Source: the human T2T-CHM13v2.0 reference genome, Homo sapiens
Length of the DNA stretch: 64,000 bases
Reading direction: 5' to 3' (one strand)
NCBI RefSeq assembly: GCF_009914755.1
Contig: NC_060937.1
In this document: piece by piece, positions 16,290-27,245 of the stretch
Numbering within the stretch: position 1 is the first letter of the stretch
Layout of the letters: each line of letters opens with the position of its first letter
Program-made: the position numbers and the translations under genes
The notes under the pieces: model-generated
Database searches by the model: none
Seen by the model: the letters and a program-made list of their open reading frames with translations, nothing else
What the model was told of the DNA's origin: nothing

Positions 16290-16885
16290 AGAGGAAAAAT
16301 AGAAGCTGCAGCCACTATCCAAGAATCAAGGTATAATACCTGTTGGCTACATAACAGAGTGACTTTGCCCAATGTTATCAGTATTTTAATGAGGACCTCT
16401 AGCTTTCATACTGTGTGAGTTAGGGAAATGTAAGGGATTAGAGTTTTGAATGAAACTATAGAGACCTTTGCCGATATATGTACATATGTATATATGAATG
16501 CATGCATGTATGTATCTTTCTATCTATCAGTGAATCTATGTATCTATCTACCTATCTATCTGATGAACTCTGGCTGTTGTATTGGGAATGCTTTCATAGG
16601 AGCAAGAACAGTAAATGGGTGATAAGCTGCTTCTGAATTGAACTAGGAATGCAGAAATGCATGTGATCATATGGTTCTGAGTATACTTTGGAAATTGAGG
16701 CAGCATGATTTTCTGACAGATTGCATAGGTTTTGGAAGACAAAAAGAAAAGTCATGGAGGCCAATGACTTTCAAATGTGTATTTCCACACAGACATTTTT
16801 CTCCTGAACTTAGACTTACATTTTATATGTAGAAAAACATAATTTGAAGAATGAAAATGATGGTGTCATTTATGGACAAGAGTTT
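16290..16885 (-). mobile_element. L2 relic fragments
   Basis: Degraded antisense L2-like motifs (gtatactttggaaattgaggcagcatgattttctgacagattg; gatggtgtcattta). Confidence 0.45.
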
Positions 16886-17189
16886 AAAAACCTAACCAAA
16901 GGCAAAAAAAATCAAAAATAAATATCTAACTCATTTACGGTTAGATTTATGGAGGAGAGAAGGAATAAATGAAAGAGATATTCTTTATTATATGAATATT
17001 TAAAAGTTATCACTTTATCTGAATGAAGAATGGAATGCTACCAATATTCTCATGAAGACACTATCACTGTGAACATTTCATTGTATTGCACACATTATTT
17101 CGATATTTTGTCTATGTCTGTGTGCACATTTATATTCAAATGGCTATATCTGCACCTGCATTAAGCATGCCAAGATGCCCACTACTTCA

Positions 17190-17482
17190 TATTTTATTTT
17201 TGAGACAGGGTTTCACTCTGTCACCCAGGTTAGAGTGCAGTGACACAATCATAACTCTCTGTAGCCTCGAACTCCTGGACTCAAGCAATCCTCTCATTTC
17301 AGCCTTCTGAGTAGCTGAGACTACAGGCACTGCCATCATGCCCAGCTAATTATTATATTTTTTGTAGAGACATGGTCTCACAGTGTTGCCCAGACTGGTT
17401 TTTCACTCCTGGGCTCAATCTATCCTCTTTCCTTCGCCTCTCAAAGTGCTGGGATTACAGGCATGAGGCACCATACCTGGCC
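17190..17482 (-). mobile_element. AluJ
   Basis: Antisense dimer with J-type features (cacaatcataactc...gcctcgaactcctggactcaagcaatcctc). Confidence 0.92.
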
Positions 17483-17789
17483 CATGTCATTTAACATGTT
17501 CATAAGCATTCTTTAGCTTGCAATATCTTTCTATATGAAAATATGCTAGTTGGATTAATCTTGCTTTAAATAGAAAATATTTAATTATCAAAATTGATGT
17601 TCTTTACATTCTACCAAAATTTTATGTGAATTTACCACAATTTATTGTTATTTCCTTGTAGGCTAAGATTAAATTGATGATAGAAACATTTTAAGGTGTT
17701 TACTTACTCACTTCCAACATGAATGAGGGTGAATATGCCACTAAACCCTATACTGGTTATCTTTTTTATATTGTGTTTGCAAAAAAAAA

Positions 17790-18015
17790 TTTTTTTAGAT
17801 AGATTCTCGCCATGTCACCCAGGCTGGAGTGCAGTGGCATTATCTTGACTCACTGCAACCTCTGCTTCCCAGGTTCAATAAATTCTTGTGCCACAGTCTC
17901 CCAAGAAGCTGGGATTATAGGCAGGCACCACCATGCCTGGCTAACTTTTGTATTTTTGGTAGAGAAGGGGTTTCATCATGTTGGCCAGGCTGGTCTTGAA
18001 CTCCTGGCCTCAGGT
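17790..18015 (-). mobile_element. 5'-truncated AluS
   Basis: Antisense right arm plus part of the left arm, ending at ctcctggcctcaggt. Confidence 0.9.
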
Positions 18016-18378
18016 TCCAAGACATTCTTAACTCGGGGACCAAAAGTAGTGGAAAACTGTGTCTACACTATTATCTAAGTTTTGAATGAGAAAATATCCA
18101 ACCAGAATTTTCCACAATGTCATGGAATAATACAGCAGAGCATAAATAGAAGTATTGAGTGCCTTAGATATATGTGCTGAGACAGTCTGACAGTGTGCCT
18201 TCATTATCTGACTGGACATGCAAAGCAGTCATATATACTTTTTCTGTGCAGTTGAAAGCAAAGCAGTCTTGATTGATAGGTGTGTGACCTGAGGTTGTCT
18301 TTTGATCATGTCAACTGGATTATTAATAATAATTGGATTATTATCATAGACCAAACTACTGGAGATCAGAAAAAAATG

Positions 18379-18520
18379 GAGATGTTTCCAGACAGGCCAG
18401 AATAGAAGGGATGAGATAAGTTTAGTGGAGAATTGGACAAAAGTAGAATGAGATGTTTCCAGATAGGCCAGAATAGAAGGGATAAGATAAGTTTAGTGGA
18501 GAATTGGACGAAAGTAGAAT
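18379..18520 (+). repeat. 71-bp tandem duplication (2 copies, 3 mismatches)
   Basis: gagatgtttccagacaggccagaatagaaggg...agtagaat occurs at 18379-18449 and again at 18450-18520. Confidence 0.95.
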
Positions 18521-18927
18521 GAACAATATACATCCCTTAGAAAATCAGTTACTTAGGTGACTCACAAGACTTAAATTTTTTTTTCCAATTCTATAATAAA
18601 CATAAGCTACTGGAACTCACTATTAACCAAATGAGAAATGGGGAGAGTGAGAGCACTAATTTGATTAGGTTTTCCTTGAATTCAGTAGGAAAAAAAAAAA
18701 AAATGACTTAATTAAATTTGACTCAATAAACCTAGCCCAAAAGTGGCTCAAAGTAGAAACATGTTTGAAGTATTGAAAAACAGTTACATATTTATAAACA
18801 TATATGCATTTAAATATGTAATCATTTATACGTGTACATAAATAGTTGGATATATTATATATATTTATGTTTATTTATATGTGTGTATGTATGTAAATAT
18901 AACTGTTATGTATATATGTATATTCAA

Positions 18928-19239
18928 TAGTCACCCATCTCCAAGACACCCAGTGTATCCCTAAAACCACAGAGAGCATCAACTCTACACATTCTATATT
19001 TCTTCTTACATATACATACCTATGATAAATTAAATTTATAAATTAGGCACAGTAAGTTATTTTAAAAAACTAAAAATAGAACAATTATAAAAATATACTG
19101 TAATAAAAGTTATTTTAATGTGATTTCTTTCTCTCTCGCTATTTTTCTCAGAAAATATCTTAATATCTTCAGACCGTGGCTGAGCATGGGTAACTGAAAC
19201 CGTGCAAAGCAAAAACATGGAGAAGAGGGGACTGCTGCA
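18928..19239 (+). mobile_element. MER44A-like MITE
   Basis: Reads ccaagacacccagtg...atacatacctatgataa...taaattaggcacagtaag...gggtaactgaaaccgtgcaaagc...gggactgctg. Confidence 0.8.
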
Positions 19240-19303
19240 AATACACATATATGTATGTATCTATTTCACACAAGAGTATGAAAACATTACACTTTAACAG
19301 TTT

Positions 19304-19528
19304 AACAAAGAAGGAAACAACAGACACTGGGGTCCACTTGAAGATGGAGGGCGGGAGGGCGGAGAGGAGCAGCAAAAATATCCATCGGGTACTGAGCTTC
19401 ATTCCTGGGTGATGAAATGATCTGTACAACGAACCCCTGTGACATGGGTTTACCTGTGTAACAAACCTTCACACATACCTCAGAACCTAAAATAAAAGTT
19501 AAAAAAAGAAATATGAAAGTAAAAAAAG
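19304..19528 (+). mobile_element. L1PREC2/L1PA15-like 3'UTR fragment
   Basis: Reads caaagaaggaaacaacagacactggggtccacttgaag...aacaaaccttcac...aacctaaaataaaagtt, followed by an A tail. Confidence 0.85.
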
Positions 19529-19734
19529 TTAAACAATGTTCATAAATGTTTTGATTGTTTAGTGACTACTTTTATATTAAACTTCTATCTAGCTAGAATT
19601 GACATTGCTATTAGGTATAATTTATAGATATAAATGGATTTTTGGGTAGCTATCCATACTGCTATTGCTTATTGAATATTAAAATATTCCCCATTTACTC
19701 TAGCTTTTTGTAATTATGTGTTATTTATTCTGAC

Positions 19735-19737
<3 letters not shown>

Positions 19738-19770
<33 letters not shown>
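19738..19770 (+). repeat. (TG)n microsatellite
   Basis: Seen directly, about 16 units. Confidence 0.97.
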
Positions 19771-19772
<2 letters not shown>

Positions 19773-21162
19773 ATAAAGGTAGGGAACTGGTTTCATTCTT
19801 CTGCATATGGCTAGCTAACTATTACAGCACTCTTTATTGAATAGGAAGTCCTTTCTCCATTGCTTATTTTGTTGACCCCCTACACCAGGATCTTTGTACA
19901 GAAAGGGCAGGGGAGCTCAGGTTGCAATCTGGGTGAGCAGGTGCTTTGAATGTCTGGAGAGTTGCCTGGATGTAGAGCAGAGGGGGTCCTGCTACACTGT
20001 GATCTATGCACAGGAAAGGTGTCACGGCACAGGCTGCTGATACAGGTAACTAGGTGCTCTGAATGCCTGGAGCTCTACCTGGGCATAGAGTAAAGTAGGC
20101 CCCACCAAAATATCTATGCCCAGGAAGAGCAGAGTGGCTCAGGCTTCTGAACCAGGCAAGCAGGTGCTACGAATACCTGAAGATCTGCCTGGGCATGAAG
20201 TGGAGACACCCCTGACCCCAAGCACCAAGATCTTTGCATAGAAAGGGTAGAGAGGCTTAGGCTGACAATCTAGGCAAACTAGAGCTTTCAATGAGTGGAG
20301 ATCTACCTGAGGGTGGAGGAGAGAGGATCCCTGTGCACCACTATCTATGCCCAGGAAGGGTGGGGCAGCTCAGACTGCTGGTCCAAGCAAGTGTGCGCTC
20401 TGAGTGCTTAGATATCTGCCTTGATGTGGAGTGGAGAGGGCCTCAGTGGATTGCAATCTTGAGGGAGCAGGCTAGGGCATGCAGCAATGACACACAGAGA
20501 CCAGTTCCAGGTCACCAAGCTGGCCCTAGGTATAAATCTCCCAACCTGGGAGAAATCACAGCTGTAGCAGCTCTCTGATGTTCTCAGGCCTGTGATTGGG
20601 GAGAGCACAATTCCAGTACCTACTGCTGAGGCAATTTCAACAGTTCTGCTATGGAGGTACCAACTGCATTGCAAAGCAAGTGCTCCAATCTTTGGCCTGA
20701 GACTAAAATGCCTTCACAGCCATGCTGCTGGGTTGCCAAAAAGTGACAGAACTTGTATGTACACAGATTAAAAATGACATCTTGCTCTCAGTCCCAGGTA
20801 TGGGAAAATGACCACAGCTTTTCTTGGTGTCCTTCCCTCTCAGCACCTTCAAGTCTCTCCCCAAGTTAGCTCCAGGTCTTGGGAGAAACAAAATGCTATC
20901 TGTTGGCCAATGAAAATGTGAGTCATAGAGGGAGGCTCTCTGCCTCACTCAGGGACTGTACCGGGGCTTAACTCATTTTTATCAGCTGGACGCCATCATG
21001 GGGACTGTTTTGTCTTCCTGGGTATCTGGTATCCTTCACAATTCTGGTGAAACCCATTTTCTTCTCCAATTAAAGGGCACAGAGTTGATATTTATGCAGG
21101 ATCTTTCTATTTTTAGTGGGGTGAGGCATGCTAAAGATATCTGATCTACAACCTTGGGGGAA
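19771..21162 (-). mobile_element. Old L1PA (L1PA15-17-like) 5'UTR with ~110-bp tandem units, joined to a ~105-bp distal ORF2 fragment
   Basis: 19771-19876 is antisense ORF2 (gtttcattcttctgcatatggctagc...ccattgcttattttgttgac). The reverse complement of the right end, cccccaaggttgtagatcagatatctttagcatgcctcacccc, resembles the recalled L1PA15-16 5' start. Confidence 0.7.
19884..20445 (+). repeat. Degenerate tandem array of five ~110-bp units
   Basis: Each unit reads cacc..gatct(a/t)tgc.cag(g)aa.gg...caggct...ggtgct.tgaatg.ctggag.tct.cctgg. Units start near 19884, 19995, 20102, 20224 and 20336. Confidence 0.85.
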
Positions 21163-21174
21163 AAGCATATATAT

Positions 21175-21760
21175 ATAATATTTGGGTTATGATTGAATTC
21201 TGGTTTATTATTTTGTAGATCAAAATTGTTTCAGCTTTAAAGATTGGAAGCTCTTTCAGTTGACTCCTGCATCATTTTACCTGCTTCCATCAACACAGGG
21301 CTTGTTTTAGCACTAAATGACTTGCTGGAGTGACAAGACAGTCCAGGTTTATTATGAATGTTCCTTATCCCAGTCTTAGAATCAGACATTTTTCCAGGGA
21401 ACATTGGTTTATTTTCCTGGAGAATGGCATTAGAAATCAAGATATGGGTGCTAGGTATGCTCATTGTACTGGAGTTTCTTGCTTCTAGCTGCTGTCTACT
21501 GAGAGTGTAAGGAATTATATGCATGTATACTAACCTCTGCATAAACATAATTATACATATTCCTAGATATGGGTATCTCTGTGTATATTGAGCTGAAAAT
21601 GAATTCATAATGATGGCTCCAACTCGATTCTGTGACCATATGTTTTATTCTAACCTCCTACCCTTGCTTACCTGTAACATTTCACTCCAACTGTGAAAAA
21701 CCTGGCTCTCACCATCTGCCATCTATTTACTTAATTGTTCAACTCTTGTATACATGTATG
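21175..21760 (-). mobile_element. L1MC4-like 3' region
   Basis: Contains gattggaagctctttcagttgactcctg and ggagaatggcattagaaatcaagatatgggtgctaggtatgctcattg, typical antisense L1MC4 sequence. Confidence 0.75.
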
Positions 21761-22349
21761 AATACAAATGCATTGATAAATATTAAGCAGTAAAAAATCA
21801 TTAAAAAGCAAAAAAGGCTTCCAAAAGAATTTCTTCATCTGAAAGGTAAGAATACACCAAATTAAAAATTATCAGTGACATGCAAATTTAGTGATATATT
21901 ACAGACATATGTCACCACCACCACGCGTTTCATCAGAGCAAGAGTCTCCTATATTTCCAGACTGTTGTGTAAAGTTTCTTTCTCTGCCTTGAACTAGTTG
22001 AAGTGATTAAATCAGAAGTATGGGTCCAAAGCAAAACTGTCCTCTGCCTAGTCTCTATAATAACATAAACTAGAGAAGTGAAGGTCGATAACCCAGTCAG
22101 CTTATGGAGAGTAAACCACATTAAATATATCCAGCAGTGTTCAAAGCCTTGCCAAATTCTGGTGTAAGAATAATTACATTTTACATTTTACCTTTACTCC
22201 ATTTATGAGAGTCACCATCATATACCAGAAATCTACACAAGTAAACCCCCAATGCTTACATGTTAATCACTATATATATTTCTGCATATCATTTGTTCTC
22301 ATCTAAATTCCAACACCTCTCAAACTCCTAGCATGCTTATCTTATGCCT

Positions 22350-23290
22350 TCTGAATCCCACATTCTATCAGAGCATGAGCCACCTATATATCCAACCTGT
22401 TGTGTAAGAATTTATGTCTTTGCCTTGAACTAGCTGAAGCTAGGTCCTTCTCAAAGGATACTGCCTCCTGTGTACCAACCTCATACTAAGTCTGGAAGCA
22501 GCTTAGATTTTTCCATAATTCCTGTGTGCCATTTCTAAATTAGTCTCCTTTCCCTGTCTCTAAAAACATAAATTTTAAAATTTTATGTCATCCAAGTGAC
22601 ATAAAATTTAACTCAAAACCTCTCCTTTTTGCAGTAATATGCAATTGTTCGGATCCACTGGGTTTTACTGTGTAAAACAGTGGTTCATTGTGACTATCTT
22701 AAATTGTGCTTCTGTCAGAATTCTTGGGGATTCCAGTGTTATGCTACTTCTGTTAATACCATATACTCTCAATAGATTGTCATTTGTTTTTCCGAAATGC
22801 TTGTTTTTCTCCCTTCCTCAGCAATTCAATTTCCGTATCATCGTCTTGCCATTACCAATAATTTCAAATTTAATACATATATCATCCCAGTTTCAAGGAT
22901 CATATTCTCTGAACTCCATTCTCTAAACACATCCTATTACTCTGAGTCTCATCGTTGTTCTGACTTCACTGGGGATTGCTAGCTATTGCTCCTGCAATTA
23001 TGTTATATCACTTACTAGTTCCCTATTCCTTATCCAATATGTTCACTTTCCTTCTTACTTTCATACTAAAATATCTGATCATTCAATAATATATTTTTTC
23101 TCCTTTTTTGTCCACTCCCTTAGAAATGTTTCAATCTTGGTGAAATTCAATTACGTTCCTTCTCCATATCATGAGTGCACACACACACACACACATACAC
23201 TACAAATATATGACTATTGAAAACATGTCAACGTGGCAATAATATAATTTTTTATGGCCCTGACTATTCCTTTGCTCCCCTCCCAGGTAT
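22350..23290 (+). mobile_element. L2 coding-region relic
   Basis: Pyrimidine-rich degraded sequence resembling the L2 endonuclease region (ccttgaactagctgaagctagg...; attcttggggattccagt). Confidence 0.45.
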
Positions 23291-23298
23291 TTTAATTT

Positions 23299-23878
23299 TG
23301 TTACAGTAGGTAGATAGTCAAACATGAGCAGGACAGGAGAGAGCCCTCCCCACCAGGAATGTCAGAAGACCATCACGTGATAGTCAGGCAGTTGTTAAGG
23401 TGTCTCTCTAAAACAGTAATTGTTCGCAGCTGGCGCCAGAGAAAGGCAGTCTCCCAATAGATGGAAAAAATTAAAATTGTTTATTAGTTTCCCGATAGGA
23501 TCTCAAGAGTTGGGCGAGTGCGCTCCAGCATTCACAGTAAGAGGCAGAATGGTGGAGTTGAACTTGTATATTATCTTCCTCTAGGAACATATGGGAAAAG
23601 TGCCTCAAGTGAGCATGTGCAAAATTTCAGTAACACACTGCACATGTGGCCCTTCCCAAGTGCTGGCAGGCCAGGGCACATGTGGACAGCCCACTGCAAT
23701 GGAAGAATCAGGGGAGAAGGGATGCAAGGCCTTGGAAGTGTGCCAAGGTATAAAACCCTAAGTCAAGGTCAAACGGTGCACTTGATCTCTCAAGTTTCCT
23801 ACAAGTACATTTTACTTCCTTTCATTTCTGCTCTAAAGATTTTTAATGAGCTTTCACTCCTACTCTAAAACTTGCCAG
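23299..23878 (+). mobile_element. MER50-like ERV1 LTR, apparently 3'-truncated
   Basis: Starts tgttacagtaggtagatagtcaaacatgagcaggacaggagagagccc. A TATA-like gtataaaacc lies at ~23748. Confidence 0.8.
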
Positions 23879-24849
23879 TTTAAGAGACTGTCTAGTTCCG
23901 TAGGAATCCAAATCAAATCCACAGGAATAACATTAATACAATAAAAGATTTATAAACAAGAATTTCTTGGACCGTAGTTAAAAAAGATGAAAAATTGGTA
24001 AAGTTTGAACTAGATCATCATGAATGTATAATACTGCAATATCAAGAATGCTTAATGTTGCTCAGCTAATTTAACAATACCACCCTCATTTAGAAAAAAG
24101 AAATTTCAAAGACATAGAAGGACATAACATATTTGAGGAATGGCAAAAAGTTCAAAGTATGTTTCATTGAATAAATGGGCATAGACATATAAGATAAGGA
24201 AAGTCAGGATATATTATTGTTGTGATTTAAATCTTGCAGGAAAACCTTATTAGTTGTTAGCCAAATAAAAATGTGAACAAAAATGATGATTGTACTTATT
24301 CAAAGACAGCCATTTGATTTTTAAAGTTTATATTTTATGATTACAGTGAAAGAAATTTTTCATATCATTGAATACTGTCTAGGCAAGAGGGTCAGCAACG
24401 CTTAGAGAGCAAATAGGCCTTGTGCTTTTTTAGTGAAAGTGAGACCTTTGAAAGATGCACGCAGTCTAGAAGTTGCTGGAGCCTAAAATGTGCATCTGGA
24501 GAAAGGTATCGGTATCCTTCCTGCTCACTCGGTGCTCCACATGTGTCAAAAATGAGAGAGGAAAGAAGACAGTTTCTAAAAACAAAAATTCTACAGAAAA
24601 GAAACTGGCAACAAATATTGTGGGAAAAAAAGGATCAAAAATGTCTATCCCAAAGATACTCAGGAACTATGCCGTAAGACAGATCACACAAACAGTTCCA
24701 CATTTCAGTCTGGGAAACAGGGACATGAAAATTAAATAGCTGCATAATCAAGAAAGCTACCTCAAATTAGCCTACATTCTTAACTTTGAAAAATATGCTT
24801 TAGATGTTACTCTCTGAAAGAGCAAGCAGCTTGTTATTTAGAACAGACA

Positions 24850-25990
24850 AATTGTCAAAATAAAAGACTCAGAATATCTCAAATACTTAACAGAAAAGAA
24901 AATTGTTTATCTCATTTTAAACCATTTGATAATGATATTTGCTGGGTCTCCTTTTCTATGTAGATTCAAGGGTCTAGGCTTCTTCCATCTATGGTACACC
25001 ATCCCCAAGAGTCTCAATGTCCTCTGTAGAATACTCTACATTTTGTGGCAGGGAGAGAGAGTGTGAAGAAACTTGTAGGAGGGTTTTATTATAGGGAATA
25101 GTCTTAGGGGTGACCGTAATGTTTCTACTTACATTATATTGGTTGGAACTGAGTCATATAACCATATCTAGTGACCAGGAAGTTTAAGAATCTCTGTGCA
25201 TGGGAAAATGAAATTTTTCATGTGCCCATAAAAGTCTCTGGATTTGTCTTTTCATGTGTCTCCTCATGGTCACAAAGATTTTAATTCGCCTTTCAACCAT
25301 GAAATAAATACACTCCCCACTCCCATGAAGAAGACAACTCAAAGTCCTGTCTACTTCCTGCCTCTAACTCAAAGTCCAGGAAAAGTGAGTGATTTGCAGA
25401 CTTTTCCATGTTATATGGATGTAACTTTCTTTGGTCTTGTGACCTGTGACCTGAACAAACCTGTAATTGACCATTGTAAATCTCACTTTGATGCATAGCC
25501 ATGTGTAATAGAGTAATAGTGGCCAAAAATCAATCACACAAACAAACAAACAAACAACAACAACAAGAAAAACCCCTCCCATCTGGAAAAATAGAATGAA
25601 AGACACTGAGAAGCTACTGGTCCATTACAACTTGGAGTGCTAGATTGAAATTCTTTGATTAGATCCTGATTTTGCTCCCTAGGAGGGGTTTTTCACTAAT
25701 TGTTCTCATATCCTGGCTTTGACCTTCAAAAAGTTCCTTCTTGTCTATTAATCTCCATGGCTATATCTGTGTTAAGTGTTATAGAAGGTTCCCACCTATT
25801 GCTGGTGCAGGTTTGAAAATCTGTAAGTTGTTTTAACCCCAAGAGATTTGTATTTGTTTGTTTGGTTTTCTTTTATTTTGTTACTTAGGTGTTTCTATAA
25901 AAATACAATTTAGTAAAAAATTACCAGGTATCTAGTGATCTGTGCATTTCTTGTCAGTTCCATGTAGCTATCAACCACCAAGGTTCTCTA
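24850..25990 (-). mobile_element. Old MLT1 (J/K-like) LTR plus probable MaLR internal fragment
   Basis: Contains ggcttcttccatctatgg and cattatattggttggaactgagtcatataaccatatctag. Downstream sequence is MLT-int-like. Confidence 0.5.
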
Positions 25991-26019
25991 CTAGACGTTT
26001 TAGTTTTCTCTTTCCTGTA

Positions 26020-26140
26020 GTGTAGAGAAGGGCCTTGTTATGTTGCCTGGGCTGGTCTTGAACTCCTGGCCTCAAACAGCCCACCTGTTTTGGCCTTCCA
26101 AAGTGTTGGAATTACAGGCCTGAGCAAGGGTATCTGACCC
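26020..26140 (-). mobile_element. Alu monomer fragment (FLAM or AluJ left arm)
   Basis: Reads tgtagagaagggccttgttatgttgcctgggctggtcttgaactcctggcctcaa...ccaaagtgttggaattacagg. Confidence 0.85.
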
Positions 26141-26489
26141 ATAATTCTTAATCTGATTCATTAATTATTATCCTATACTTCAATCTCTTAAGTTGGCAGT
26201 GATGAAACTATCTGAAACAACAGGCTAAATGAGAAGATAATGCCATTAAATTTACTCCCGTAGCAAGGCTGATTGATTTTGTAGCCCTATAATCTTGTGA
26301 GATTTCTGACTTTCTCCTTTTCCTATTTAACATTTAGGATCATTCCCGAACCACTGGACACACATCACCTAGAAGAGTGTCAGAAAACATATTTTTTGGC
26401 CAAATCCAGACATACTAATTATTTTGCAAATATTCTGTGGACACTTTCTTGCTACAACAGTAGTGCTGATGGTTGTGATAGAGACCATA

Positions 26490-26687
26490 TACAGTAGTCC
26501 CCTACATCGCTTTGCAAGATTTCAGTTACTGACAGTTAACTGCTCTCTGAAATACTAAATGGACAATTCCAGAAATAAACAATTTATAAGTTTTAAATTG
26601 CATGTCATTCTAAATAATGTGATGAAATCTCATGCCAGCCTATTCCATCCTGAGCATCTCTTTGTCCAGTGTATCCATGCTGTATGT
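26490..26687 (-). mobile_element. MER44/Tigger7 terminal fragment
   Basis: TA followed by cagtagtcccct...aattccagaaataaacaatttataagttttaaattgc. This is the reverse complement of the end seen at ~14050-14227. Confidence 0.78.
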
Positions 26688-26867
26688 CAAATAGTTTGGA
26701 CTAGAATAATCTAAATTCAGTATTTTTTCCAGGCAAAATATTAATTGGAATAATTGTTCAAGGAGCTCAGGATTGGGTTGACTCCTAAACATTTTGAGCA
26801 TGGGCCCAGTATTAGGGTCATCTTTTATGTCTTCTAAATTCTTTGTTCTCCAAAATTGGGCATGTGA

Positions 26868-27245
26868 GACTTATATGTGGAATCAAATTTGAACTCTTAG
26901 AAGTAGAGAGTGGAATGGTGGCTACCAAGGGCTGGGAGTGGAGGTGGGTCTGAGACTGGGAGATGTTTGTCAAAGGATACAAAATTTCTGTTATATAGGA
27001 AACATAAGTACAAGAGACCTATTGTGCCACCTGATGGCTATAGTTAATAACAATGTATTCTTGAAACTAAATAATACAGTAGATTTTAAGTGTTCTCATC
27101 ACAAAAAAGATAAGTATGTGTGATAATGCTTATGTTAATTAGTTCAATTCAGCCAGCCCACTAAGAATACATGTTTCAAAACATCATGTTGTACAATATC
27201 AATATATACAATTTCAATTTGTCAATTAGAAAAATAAACACATTT
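26868..27245 (+). mobile_element. L1MA (6/7-like) 3'UTR
   Basis: Reads agaagtagagagtggaatggtggctacc...gtcaaaggatacaaaatttc...gtagattttaagtgttctcatcacaaaaa...aaaacatcatgttgtac. Confidence 0.85.

Noticed and set aside
19884-20445. Regularly spaced repeats as a possible CRISPR-like array
   Set aside because: The units are degenerate along their whole length, with no conserved-repeat/unique-spacer structure and no cas genes. The context is a primate L1.
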